A stretch of 63,942 bases of DNA, the filler included, from Lenisia limosa (lineage: Eukaryota > Protista > Breviatea): the NCBI GenBank assembly GCA_001655205.1. It is 15 parts of 15 records of this genome, joined end to end, with 100 filler letters (N's around TTAATTAATTAA, not from the genome) between each part and the next. Parts side by side here need not be neighbours in the genome. Positions count along the whole stretch, not along the records: positions 26,040 to 27,610 come from LPNZ01008061.1; positions 27,711 to 30,787 come from LPNZ01003832.1; positions 30,888 to 42,889 come from LPNZ01006440.1; 12 more parts are not named here. One strand, given 5' to 3'. The translations under genes and the position numbers were made by a program. The notes under the pieces were generated by a model, which was not told the origin of the DNA, did no database searches, and saw only the letters and a list, made by a program, of their open reading frames with translations. Shown here in pieces: positions 26,219-38,466 of the stretch (position 1 is its first letter; each line of letters opens with the position of its first letter).

Positions 26219-27595
26219 TTACATGACTACCCTGAGTGTAGCTTTTAATAGTAATGTATCTCCGTCATCCCCCATCATACACCCTTGATAAGAGTTTAGC
26301 GACATCGGTATTTCACTCGCCCAAATAATACGTAAATTGATAAACCAGCCCCCCCCCCCCCNNNNNNNNNNNNNNNNNNNNNNNNNNNNNNNNNNNNNNN
26401 NNNNNNNNNNNNNNNNNNNNNNNNNNNNNNNNNNNNNNNNNNNNNNNNNNNNNNNNNNNNNNNNNNNNNNNNNNNNNNNNNNNNNNNNNNNNNNNNNNNN
26501 NNNNNNNNNNNNNNNNNNNNNNNNNNNNNNNGGGGTGGGGGTGAATGGTTGACACCAATTCATCACAGTATACTTACACAATAGTATAGTATCGAACAGA
26601 TCTTGGTATATTCTGGGTTTAACCGAACAGATAACCGAAACCGAACCGAAATGAAGCACGAAAGGTATTGCACATACCCCCTAACCTGCTTGCCCTTGAA
26701 GGACACATAGGGTGTCTTCAGGCCGTCGCTTCTGCTGCCTGGTAGTAGTGCCCAAGTCTCTCTGAGGGTGGGGGGTGAAGAGTAAATTAACTTGGAAAAT
26801 TTCTGAAACAAAAAACAAAAAACCCCAAGATCAACTCTGTTGGCTGACAGCACACAAGGGTTGATAACAACAAACAAACAAAGCCCAGTCGCTTCTGCTA
26901 AGATTACTAATACCACACTCAATGTTCCTGTCGGTCTGTTTCCGTTTTTCTCTTGAGGTGACAGACCTATCAAAATATCATATTTACTGTTCTAATCTCC
27001 CGGTCAAATACCCAGTACGTACCTCTCCGGCAACCAACATCATTTCGTCTCCAAGGATGGTACCTTCCGTGTTGCCCTGCTCTCATGAAACATCATTACG
27101 AGGGATGTTATAAGGGATTTATCGAAGATTAATGGAGGATTTATCAACCCCCCCCCCCCACNNNNNNNNNNNNNNNNNNNNNNNNNNNNNNNNNNNNNNN
27201 NNNNNNNNNNNNNNNNNNNNNNNNNNNNNNNNNNNNNNNNNNNNNNNNNNNNNNNNNNNNNNNNNNNNNNNNNNNNNNNNNNNNNNNNNNNNNNNNNNNN
27301 NNNNNNNNNNNNNNNNNNNNNNNNNNNNNNNNNNNNNNNNNNNNNNNNNNNNNNNNNNNNNNNNNNNNNNNNNNNNNNNACTGGCAACACACAAGGGATC
27401 TGTTTTTGAATAAGTTATCCAATCATTTGCCTTACAACTCTGTGCACACAGCTGTCTGCCTGCCTCCTCAGTAAATAATAAAAAGTAATAACACCACAAC
27501 AAAGGTAGAATATTCGTTTCACACCTTGATTCTCCACATTATGAGAGCCATGGTGTAGGCTTCTTCGGCTTCAATGTTCTTCTGTTCAACTTCGC
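26219..27595 (-). CDS. Possible MATH/TRAF-domain protein fragment
   Basis: An exon ETWALLPGSRSDGLKTPYVSFKGKQ and a terminal segment ...YQGCMMGDDGDTLLLKATLRVVM* loosely resemble the first strands and the final D.L.I.A.L.V strand of MATH domains. The middle lies in N gaps. Confidence 0.3.
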
Positions 27596-27877
27596 CTGGG
27601 GGGGGGGGGGNNNNNNNNNNNNNNNNNNNNNNNNNNNNNNNNNNNNNNNNNNNNTTAATTAATTAANNNNNNNNNNNNNNNNNNNNNNNNNNNNNNNNNN
27701 NNNNNNNNNNTTATTTATTTTCCCTTGATGCTGTACTGCAGAAAGGTGCGTTCTGGGCTTTTTTTTTGTTTTGTTGTTCTAAACACTCAATCAACAGAGT
27801 TTATTTGGGCTTTTTTTTTTGTTTTAAAATTTCCCATTTTATCCTCCCAGATCCGTGGGTTTGTGTCGAATGTTCAG

Positions 27878-30396
27878 GTTGATACTTCGTCGGCATACAA
27901 CACTGGAGCAATTGCCGTGTTGGGGGGGGGGGGNNNNNNNNNNNNNNNNNNNNNNNNNNNNNNNNNNNNNNNNNNNNNNNNNNNNNNNNNNNNNNNNNNN
28001 NNNNNNNNNNNNNNNNNNNNNNNNNNNNNNNNNNNNNNNNNNNNNNNNNNNNNNNNNNNNNNNNNNNNNNNNNNNNNNNNNNNNNNNTATTACTCATTGT
28101 GGGTCCTGAGGGCGTAGTACTTTTCTAAACATCATAGCAACCAAATCTACTACCAAGGAGTCCTGAGGGACGCCATTCTCAATGTACCGCGTGAAATGGA
28201 AATGCTTTCCGATAGCTATGAATTGTGGGGGGTGAACAGTCAAGGATCATATAGAGATGAAAAATAATCTAGTTTACTGTATCTATGTATGGGGGGGGGT
28301 ACCTTTGTCGTCATGTATAAATAAGGCTTCACTTCGGTTCGAAAAAGACTTGTAAAGTATCAATTTTTTGAGGAATCCCTATTTACAACGTTGTAGGGAT
28401 TTGAATAGTTTCCGCGCGGGGAGGGGGGATGTGAAAACTATGTTCAAGAGTGCCCAGACTCCTTTTTTATTATTATTCAGAGATAAAAACGGCTTGTTTA
28501 CACTTTAGAAGCGCCAGCACCTAAAAACGTCTTGTTAACACTTTAGAAGCGCCAGCACCTAAAAACGGCTTGTTTACACTTTAGAAACGCCAGCACCTAC
28601 ATCTACCAGTTCAAGAAAATGCAAAACCCTGATTTCGCGGTGAGGAGAAGAGCGAATTAATTATGGGATGGTGGTGATAATGGTGGAAGAGGGGGGGGGG
28701 CTGTATTAGATCTCCTGTAAAATGAATGCTTCTGCTACTCTATTATTTCTCATTTATCTGTTCTTATAATCTTCAATATTATCACAATAGGATGGTTTAA
28801 AATACTATCTCATATGAAGGAGAGTTCAGTTCATTTTTATTTTGTTTCACCGTTTAGATTGTTAATGTTCACCTCATTAACAGCTTACCCTCCAATGATA
28901 AGATCCAACCTGATGTCCAATATGTGAGGTGGCAACTAGCTTCATATCACATTGGCAACTAAAGTGAAGGTGAATGGTTCCATAAGAACAGAATTTTGGC
29001 GTTCTCTCAATAGAACTGGTTTTCACCAATCTTTTCTGTAAAGAGGTTGTGAATTGACCCCCTCCCTCCCCACGAGTTAATTTTCTACTTATGGCGTTGT
29101 TTTTGCTTTATATGAAATCATTTCACCCCGCCGCCCTGTTTTTCTGCTCTTGTGTACCCCTATGTATTTATTCGTTTACCTAGATTTCTTCAAAAACAAG
29201 TCTTTTGTGTAGTAGTATATATGATTTGTATTGATTGTTTTTTTTTGTTTGTTTTGCTTTAAAGGTTCTAAATATTGTGGTTGGCAGTCCAATTACTTTT
29301 TGGTTNNNNNNNNNNNNNNNNNNNNNNNNNNNNNNNNNNNNNNNNNNNNNNNNNNNNNNNNNNNNNNNNNNNNNNNNNNNNNNNNNNNNNNNNNNNNNNN
29401 NNNNNNNNNNNNNNNNNNNNNNNNNNNNNNNNNNNNNNNNNNNNNNNNNNNNNNNNNNNNNNNNNNNNNNNNNNNNNNNNNNNNNNNNNNNNNNNNNNNN
29501 NNNNNNNNNTATCACCAGAGCTTTATTTCCGATATCAAGAGATGGGTATGATGGAGATCAAATGACGTGGTGGTTGTGTATTTTTTTTTTCTTCTTGCCC
29601 TTGCTTATTTTGAGAAAGTTATTGTGGACAAGATATGGGAATGTTGGAAGGATGGACATTAAAATGGGTTTGGTGGAGGATTAGAGCTTCTCTTCGGTTC
29701 AAAAAAAAGACCAAATTTCTCACTAAATCTTCGTAAACTATGGATATTGTAAGGGCCTTTTTCGAACCGAAGTGAAGCATCAATTCTCCTTTATTAGGAC
29801 TACTTGAAGTGAGACCTATTGTCATTTGTTCTTCATTTAGGCACTTTCATTCAAATTTTGCGAATGAATTGCCCCAAAACGATCATTGCGCGTAGTCCTG
29901 TTTATTTCTCTCTTTTCCCTGATTTTATGACAGTAGCTTCTGACACTGTAGGGCTTTAACCGTTTTGCAAACGGACAGCTCTCTCTCCCTCTTGGTGGGA
30001 TGTAAACCAAAACTAGTTGTCTGTCTCAACATTGAACAATAATCCAACTTCTATATGTATATGTTGTGGACAGGTTTCTTTTCTCCTAATTAGGGCTTCA
30101 CTTCGGTTCGACAATAACCGGTAAAATATCGATAGGTTTCGAGGATTTATTGAGAAATTCAGTCTTTTATCGAACCGAAGTGAAGCCGTAGAGCCCAAAT
30201 AAAATATCTCGTTTTCTTTTTCTTGTACAAATGGTGACCCTGACACTTAGACTCTATTTTTGCATCTTAAAAAATCATATCACTTTAGACTGCCATGACA
30301 CGCCGCCGACCTTCGTCTCGACAACAGTGTCCTGTACTGGTGACTCCATCTCAACCTGCACCGTCACGTGCCCTGCTGGCAGTGTTGATATGAACG
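27878..30396 (+). CDS. Multi-exon gene fragment with a Cys-rich Sushi/CCP-like exon
   Basis: Exon 30289-30396 (tttag|...|gtgagt) reads DCHDTPPTFVSTTVSCTGDSISTCTVTCPAGSVDMN. Upstream exons include NASTYIYQFKKMQNPDFA (from 28585). Linkage of these exons into one gene is assumed. Confidence 0.4.
28484..28597 (+). repeat. Tandem repeat, 38-nt unit x3, each containing a 3' splice site plus exon start
   Basis: Unit TAAAAACGGCTTGTTTACACTTTAG|AA(G/A)CGCCAGCACC; the third copy continues into the open exon NASTYIYQFKK. Confidence 0.9.
30091..30190. mobile_element. hAT-like MITE family A, full-length 100-bp copy
   Basis: Same TIRs and internal core (CCGGTAAAATATCGATA...GAGGATTTAT.GAGAAATTCAGTC); no TSD retained. 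Confidence 0.85.
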
Positions 30397-31215
30397 GTGA
30401 GTGTGGTGGTAAAACCAAGGAAATTTCGATGAAGAATAATTGAAAATTTATGAAACAAAAAGAGTCGGCTGACAACATAAGGGTTGAAAAAAACAACAAC
30501 AACAAAAAAGCCCAGGCCAGTAGCTCTGGGGGTGGTGGCAAAAAGGAGAAAACATCAAATATCACCATTTGCAATCCAACGAGACATATGGGGAAACACC
30601 GCAATGTGATAACTTGAAACTAACATGGTGGGGGAAAAAAAAGAAGAAGAAGTTAAATTTCCTATCAATAACGGTTTTCATGTGACTGTACACAGTTATT
30701 CAGATGGGAATATTACTGTGTGTATCTGGGGGTGTATGGCTAGTTGTGGCCATCTTATACTCCCCTCCCAAGCGACTGGCCTGGGCTNNNNNNNNNNNNN
30801 NNNNNNNNNNNNNNNNNNNNNNNNNNNNNNNTTAATTAATTAANNNNNNNNNNNNNNNNNNNNNNNNNNNNNNNNNNNNNNNNNNNNAAAATAGAAAAGG
30901 GAGTATCTGGCCGGAACCATTCTGGGTGAAATGACCATATCATTTTCCTTACACTACAAATGAGAAAAAAAACAAAGTTGAATCTGGCCAAGGCCGTCCA
31001 CACCATCACGCTAATAAGAGATATCATATTAAATTAGAGATAGTAATACTAACAGCTTTCTGCGTGCCTCCCCAGCGTAGCTTCCTAGCGTCTGAATTCA
31101 TGTCTCATCACCCTCACTATCAAACAACAACATTAAGTCGTTAGTACTTGATGACAATCAAAGTGTCATTGTCCTATTATTTTCAAAGAACTCAAATGAG
31201 GAGGAACATTAAAAC

Positions 31216-31315
31216 CAGGGCTTCCTTACGGTCCCAAAATAGACTGAATTTCTCGATAAATCCTCGATAAATATCGATATTTTGACGGTCTATTTCGGAC
31301 CGTAGGGAAGCCCTA
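31216..31315. mobile_element. hAT-like MITE family A, subfamily A2 (TIR AGGGCTTCCCTACGGTCC)
   Basis: Same core as A1 with variant TIRs; flanks ATTAAAAC / ATGACAAC (6/8 match). Confidence 0.8.
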
Positions 31316-32086
31316 ATGACAACACATCCCAACCAAACATCGTCTTAGCATATACTGTCTCACTGAGTTCTTTGAAGCTAAAGATAAAAAGCCCCCCTCC
31401 CACTAGCAACAGGATGGTTTGGGATGTGTAAGTCGGTATCCGTGCCAGTGGGGAAGTCCGCGGATTCCTGAATATAAATAAGGGGAATTTGAAATGATAA
31501 GAGAACAAAATAAAAAAAACATGTGGTGATTGGTCTTGCTGTCACTTTAAAAAGACAATACTCACAATATTTCTCTCTCACGGGAAATATTGTGCAATAT
31601 CCACCTGATTATCAAGTATTTGAATATCGAGTCGAACTGATGAACGACGATAACACAAGGGAATACAAACACTGAGTGTATTAGAATATTATTGAGACTT
31701 GTTATCCAGTTTCCAAAAGAGATGGCGTCACATCACTACGTGGAAACGGGTTGCTCCCCCGTCAAAAATGAGGATATCTCGACAACATATTATATCATAC
31801 CATATCCCATGATAATTTCATTCATTTAAATCTGCAATTTGATATTGAAAATTGTTTCTTTGTTTTCCATACCAATTCACAAACAAAACAATAACTTCCA
31901 TCACAATAGTGCCATTATGCCCTTCGCCCCAAGTCACTGATCAAGAGAAACGAAAAAACACAAGTCCCATCATGTGGACAATAATCTCAGATAAATAGGT
32001 GAAAGTTTCCCCTTATTATATGATATCCGCAACTTTTCAGCCTCCCAGAGTGAGAAAATCAACAAAGCGAGATTCATTGTGGTATT

Positions 32087-32500
32087 CTAAGAACTCCAAG
32101 ACATTCCCCAAAAGAAATTCCACATCCCCATCTTAAAAAAAGTGGAATCAACCCCCCAAAGATAAAAACGAGCAAGATGAAAAGATAAAGTTGGAAGAAA
32201 ATAAGCATTAAACGCATATCTTCCAGCCGGAGCGACGGACCCCACCTGGAAACGCAGAAAACCGGCGGAAAACGTTGGCTGCACATAGTTAACTCCAAGA
32301 TGTGGTAGACGGGGGGCAGTAATGGCTTCAACGCCTAAAGAGCACCGGATTAGATACCAGAATGTTCGGAATCATACCGCTTAAAGTCAATATCCCGACC
32401 AAAAATAACGGTAATATCAACCTCTTCATCATATACAGCAGTGTAGAAGCAGCCCGATTCCTGGAAAAGAATAGGAAATTCAACTCTGCCTCTTTAGCAC
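32087..32500 (-). CDS. Possible coding fragment of unknown function, head-to-head with the E2-like gene
   Basis: Open segments ESGCFYTAVYDEEVDITVIFGRDIDFKRYDSEHSG and VEAITAPRLPHLGVNYVQPTFSAGFLRFQ join only through a speculative 23-nt GT-AG intron (32335-32357). Confidence 0.3.
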
Positions 32501-32735
32501 TACCTCCCGCTTCTAAAGATGAGGTTGTAACAAATACAACTATCCCGTGAAAGAGATACCTCGAAAAAGGGCTAGGACTGGAAATTCCCGATTAAATCCC
32601 TTCCGTACCAGGATTTATACCTGAATGAATAACGCAAGAAAATCGACTATTATCAATGTAATATTATAAAATAGAGTATAATAACATAATAACAGTCTTA
32701 CAACAACGCAAAAGGTCAACGTAAAAGTCTGAAAA

Positions 32736-35362
32736 ATGGCGCTGAAACGAGTTTACAAGGTCAGTGCATTTCTGTCATCTTATCATCTTATCATTCTTCA
32801 CTCATTCATCCACAGCGCATCCACTTCAATTGTTGATTGATAATCTTTCACATTCTTTTCTTTATATTTTTATCTTGTTGCACAATACTCTTGTATCGAT
32901 GAATGGTGGTGTTGATATCTGAGAGTACAACATAGTTCGAGCTTATTACATCATATTACGAACTTCTTTCGCAACAGAGTACGAACTTATTTTACATCAT
33001 TTCGAACTTATATAACATCAGAGCTTGACTTTTTTATATAACATCAGAGCTTGACTTTTTTCTTCTTATCATTATGCAAACACCAGCTTTGTTGCACTCT
33101 CACTACCTCATTTTGTCGTACGTGCTTGTTACTATCAATGAAAGGGTAATTTTCCTGGTATTTCAAAGTTTTCTACAACCCAATAACCAGAATAAATCAA
33201 AAAACATCCCAACCATCTTCCACAATAATGAAAAGTAATCTGTTGCTGAATATCTAATATTATATAAAGTGATAATGAATATTTGGGGATATTATTATAA
33301 TGTGTTGACATGACAGTTTTTTGAGACTTAATAAGTAGAAACAACATCTTACGTGCGATCATATTGTACATTGACGTATGAACAATATTCTCAACCTTCA
33401 AAGAATATGCTTCAGTAAACATCTTTTGGCTTACCCCCTCATCCCACCCATTGTTGATTTGTCCTTTTTTTTTTGTTCCAAAACCATCGATATTATTTAT
33501 AAATATCGAGGATTTATCAAGAATTAAGTCTTTGTTTGGAATTGAGAGTGAAGCTCTCATCTTTACACCCCAGGAACTGCGGACAATTGACGTGGATTTG
33601 CCTGTGACATGCTCAGCCGGGCCGATCGGTGATGATCTTTTGCACTGGCAAGCCGCTATCAATGGACCAGTATGAATAAGAAATGAAATTAAAGTTGCTG
33701 TAATAGAGTTCTGTTCATATTGTTATGTAGGGTATAAGAGTGGTAAACTTGAAACTTGGATGTCCCCAAATTCAGTCTTTTTAAGAAAACAAAATCAACT
33801 TGTTTTCAAATCATCATATCATCTGATATTCCTAGGAAGGGACCCCTTATAGCGGAGGACTCTTCTTTCTGCAAATACATGTTGAACCAGAATACCCTCT
33901 CATGCCTCCAAAAGTTGGTGATACGTGTCTGTTCAGTTAAAACCTGGATCTACAATTTTTTTCATTTTGAGACATTTTTATCAATTTTTGGTTTACAAAG
34001 ACATATATCGAACTTACAAATTTGGGGACATCCAAGTTTCAAGTTTACCACTCTTATACCCTACATAACAATATGAACNNNNNNNNNNAACCGATCGGCC
34101 CGCTGAGCATGTCTCCAAATTCAGTCTTACTAATTGGAAAAGAAATGGGAAATAGTTGTACAGAGAAAATGTCAAGTCATTTCTGTGAGATTCTATAAGT
34201 GGTCGAAGAAATACAATAACAAAATTTTTTGAGCTTGAAATATTATAATATTAAAAATCATTGAAATAACATAAAACAATTACCATGCCACGAAGCTTCT
34301 TGACAAGATTTCACCTTAATTCTGCCAGGTTGAATTTATGACAAAAATATACCACCCAAACATCAATGAAGAGGGACGGTATGACGGTATCCTGTTTTGG
34401 TGATATAAGAAGACTGTATCATTCAGTGAGAATTGTGGATGAATAAAATATTGTTCTGTTATATACTCACCTTCACAGAATACGGTTGAGCGTTCTGTCT
34501 GAAGACTGGAACCCTTCACTATCTATTTCGAAAAGTTGGTGGCTTTCTTGGCAAGAAACATGATACATTATGTTAATAATGCGTAATAACATAGTACCAA
34601 TAGTATAGAAACAAACTTCACAATCATGATAAATAGTCAGTAAACATAGGTGTATTTACTTGGGATTACATGAAAATCCAACGTACTAATGATATGGAAA
34701 TCTGAAGAAGTTTTGGGTTTCCCAAATATGTGGATCCTAAATAAATTCATCATAGTGTAGTACGGTCAAAGCGATGATAGAGTTGTTCTTATTTCTAAAT
34801 AATTAAGCGATAAACGTTGATGTTATTTCAAATTACAATTTAGTTCTTTTCTATGTCAGCAGACTTCTGAATGAACCAGATCCTGGTAGGTTGGAGAAAT
34901 TATGGTGTAATATCTTAATAGACCGTGGAAAAATATCGATAATATCTCAGTAATACTTTCCCATGAATCGAAATTACACTTATCCAACATATACATATTT
35001 GATAGGTTTTTTTGTTACTATTGTTAAAAATTCAACTTTTCCATTTCCCACCATTTGATTGCTTTTGTTAATCTCCATCCCTCCCTCCCCTTCTCCAGTC
35101 ATCAGGATTTATTACCAATATGAGCCGTATTATTCATTGAATTTTAGTTCGTTTCCAAACTCCCTCCAGTTTGTAACACTTGTGCGTATCTTAAATGCTG
35201 GGCCAATAAAGTTGATTTTGGGCTTGTTTTGTTTCATTATTTTCCAATTTTATCCATCTGCCAGATGATCCGCTAGTGCCGAGTATTGCAATTGAAATGA
35301 AGTGCCAGCCACGTCAATTCGAAGAAAATGCCAAGAAATGGACTGAGAGCTATGCCCAATGA
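32736..35362 (+). CDS. Ubc4/5 (UBE2D)-like ubiquitin-conjugating enzyme, complete 147 aa, catalytic Cys85 replaced by Arg
   Basis: Seven exons (32736-32759, 33574-33669, 33836-33913, 34329-34378, 34479-34534, 34844-34885, 35265-35362) give [147 protein letters not shown]. Same length and register as UBE2D. Confidence 0.92.
33713..34078. repeat. Perfect 60-bp inverted repeat (33713-33772 / 34019-34078) flanking exon 3 of the E2-like gene
   Basis: Exact reverse complement. The second arm ends at an N10 gap and is followed by a near reverse-complement copy of part of exon 2 (~34090-34113). Confidence 0.85.
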
Positions 35363-35522
35363 TGGTAATATTCTGATTTCTCATGGTATCCTATATTTAT
35401 TTGTTTCCTAGATTTTCAATGTACTACTAGATGATTTCTTGCTAATTTGACTTGTGTAACCAGTGCGTATTTAGATAGTTGATTATTGTTAGTTCACATA
35501 ATACCCGGTGGTGTGGTCTGAG

Positions 35523-35827
35523 ATGGCGACTCTTCTTCTCATCCCCCTCCCTTCGTTTTCCCCTGAGTCTCTTGTCCTCCAAAGACTTTCTGATATCCAG
35601 AAAAATGTTTTGGGGAGGCTTTACCCTGGTCAACTCAAGATGATCCAAAGATGATCGGGTCCATTATGGCCAAGAGAAGCCTTGTGGTTGTAGCCGCTCC
35701 AGGCTCAGGAAAGTCCCTCCCCTTCCTTGTGGCCGCATATGTCTTGAAGAAAGTCACCTTTGTGTGTGCTCCCCTGGAAGCAATCTTATGACTTTTCGAA
35801 GTTTGAGAAGCAGTCAACCATAAAACG
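35523..35827 (+). pseudogene. Frameshifted RecQ-like SF2 helicase N-terminal fragment
   Basis: RLYPGQLKMI (Q-motif-like) continues, after an 11-nt duplication (AAGATGATC CAAAGATGATC) that shifts frame, into GSIMAKRSLVVVAAPGSGKSLPFLVAAYVLKKVTFVCAPLEAIL* (Walker A/motif I and motif Ia, as in RecQ TG.GKSL..V.SPL.AL). Confidence 0.6.
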
Positions 35828-36453
35828 GTAAGCTGGCTCTTCAGAACTGGTTATTCTGAATGATATGAGTATTACTTTGCTCGCTGGGTATCAATTATTC
35901 TTTTTGAGTCCCCATCATCACATTGGGATTGCAATTGTATTGTATTAATTCACCCAATCATTTGCCCTGTAACTCTCCGCTTTCAGAGTGTTACCTCAGC
36001 GTAGATAGCTATTCTGACCATTTAGGCCTCTTTCGGCTAAACGAAATTACACATCAACTACATACCTTGCTGAAGTGTGGGGTCTCGAAATTTCTTGCTC
36101 AATTCAGTCTTGTAATAACTTTGCTATTTTTTGGAAAGAAATAAAGGTTTTATCTTTGACCCATTTAGCTGGAAACAAAGCGAGCAGAAAGACTAGCCAA
36201 GAACACTCTCATTAAATTATGCTGCACAATGAAGCTTCATAGCTGAGTCGTCATCACCACCTCGTATCATGTATTGATATAAAAAAGTGGGAAAGATGCA
36301 TTAAATCTCTGATTTCATTCCAAATTTATTCAACCACATAATATGAGTAGTGGTAGGTAGATTAAATAGTAACTGAGGACCTCTTGGATAGTAACACTAC
36401 AAATAAATACTTGAAATCGGAAACATTAAGTAACAATAAAATACAAAAAAAAA

Positions 36454-38466
36454 TCAAGGCTCTGAAGGGTTCTGTTTGTTTTTCTTCATCAAGAGACCTA
36501 GAATATCAAAAAGAAACGAAAATCGAGTTTTGAAAATAACAGCACAACAGCACCCACCAGCAAAGAACACCACAAGTCCCAAAAGATGCTGTCGTGAGAT
36601 CGGCTTCGTAAATACAAGATATGACAGCACCATAAAGACCACTCTGAGTTGTGAGAATGGAAACGTTAATAAATTTTACAACTTCAAATAGCGATGTTAG
36701 TTATATAACTGAAAAGCTACCGTCCTCCCACCGTTTGACATTGGACGATATAACAGCCACTGCGCTACCGTGGGTTTGGACCAATACCAGGATGAAAACT
36801 GAAGTGTCAGGCTTCAGCAGCGCCATTAACATTTTATAATTATTGAGGACAGGGGTGTTTAGCCTTTAAAGGAATCACACATGGCCAAGCAAGGTAAAGA
36901 TGGAGAACAATCACGATGGAGAAAGTCAGTCTACCAACCTATCCCAAGATAAGAAAGCAGCGAGTAGGCAAACATGAATACTATCGCAAGCTGACATCTG
37001 GGATCAGTCACATTTGTCACTAAAATGTTAGAAGAAAAAGGCCCTTTTTTGAACTCAAGCTAGACCTTGGATAATGGGTTTTGGTATCTAGAATATTTGA
37101 AAAGACACACTCACCCATTTCACTTGCAGGGTTGACGACCAGCATTCCACACAAAACCATCTGTAAACAGTAACTTGATTAAAAACTACTCTCTAAATGC
37201 TAACAAAACCCCTGGTCAGTTTAGTTCAATTCCCTGCATACAGGAGTGCAAAAAAGACTGGAATACCCAATAAACTCGGCCAGGGAGGAATGGTACGATT
37301 TAAATACCACCGCTTCTTCGACGAGGAACACAATACCTTCCCCCACAACCGAGAAAGCCGCGTAAATAAGACCTGTTCGTGAGGTTTACAGAATTCTCGA
37401 AATGAGTTGGGAAACAATGGACATCTCATAATTCATAAAATGGATGATGACAAGTAGATTGTCATAGACTGCACAACTTACCGTATGACGAGAACCCCTC
37501 TGGACCGGGGTCCTTTGCGGACGCCATCGTAAAGAGAACAATACCCAGAGTCACTGGATTGTAAGATGGGAACTTGGAAGTAGGGTATTGGTGGTGTTGT
37601 TGTTCAGAGTATATTGATATTACACCAAGTATTCTTGTCCAACCAATAAACACTGATTGTTGATATAACAAACCTAAACAAGCCCTTCCAAGGTCTGACA
37701 TGGAGTACTTCCTTGAGATAAAGATTACAGAAAGGATCATAACACAGAACAGCTTCAGCGACTTTATGACTGTCTGAAACCTTGTAAGAATATGGATGTG
37801 ATTTGAGGACAACTTTCTTAATACTGTGATATTATTGGTGATTGCGTCGTATGAAACACAAGCTTTAATAGTTGTTTCTATGCGAATCACAAACCTGGAC
37901 AAGATAGGACAAGAGGCGTTCAGCCTGGTTCGTGGAGTACATGTAAGTGGCGGTCAGGCCCGCAATGACAAGGTAAAGCTTTATCGGAGCCCTTTACGAT
38001 TAGAAGAATTAAATAGGGACACGTGCACACACATTACAACTCCATTATAAAGTACCCTACTTCCTTGTGCGATTGTGCTGGTACATATCTATGAAGGCCA
38101 GAGAGCAGTATGTTAGAGACTGCACGGCGGTCAAGAAACACATTTGTCCGGGTGTCTGAGAGAATAGCCCGTTTCGAAAGGCAAACTCCTGTAACATCAA
38201 AAAGGGAACATCATGCAGACCTTGATTAGTGAGGCAGACACATGAAAGAGAACAACAGCGGTTGATGATATCCACAGCAGCTGACTTGAGCTGTAGTTGT
38301 TCAGCTTGAAGAAGAACACACTGATCTAAACACATAACAGGGAAAAACAATAATTTTCAATTGATATTTTCATATTTAGACTTGACCAAAAACATCAAGC
38401 ACTTACATCGTGTGGTGTAAGGAGTGGAGTAAGCTCCGAATTTTGCTCTTGAAGAGCCTCGATCAT
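36454..38466 (-). CDS. SLC35B-type (PAPST2/SLC35B3-like) nucleotide-sugar/PAPS transporter
   Basis: Spliced exons give ...LLWISSTAVVLFHVSASLIK|EFAFRNGLF...FLTAVQSLTYCSLAFID...RK|APIKLYLVIAGLT...YLVQ|TVIKSLKLFCVMILSVIFISRKYS...|TLGIVLFTMA...|FILVLVQTHGSAVAVISSNVKR|VVFMVLSYLVFTKP. This is collinear with the SLC35B3 motifs LQELIF, YPTQVIFKCCKLIPVM..GKRY and TTGRKAMTIVLSFIFFAKP. Start and stop positions are approximate. Confidence 0.8.

Noticed and set aside
30289-30396. Minus-strand exon GHVTVQVEMESPVQDTVVETK...
   Set aside because: The plus strand has stronger splice sites (CACTTTAG / GTGAGT) and Sushi-like Cys spacing. If the minus reading were right, the one antisense exception for family D would disappear, so it is worth rechecking with RNA-seq.
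36500-38350. Decayed KDZ/CACTA transposase (Cys/His-rich, stop-riddled plus-strand frames)
   Set aside because: The region is explained by a spliced SLC35B-type transporter on the minus strand.
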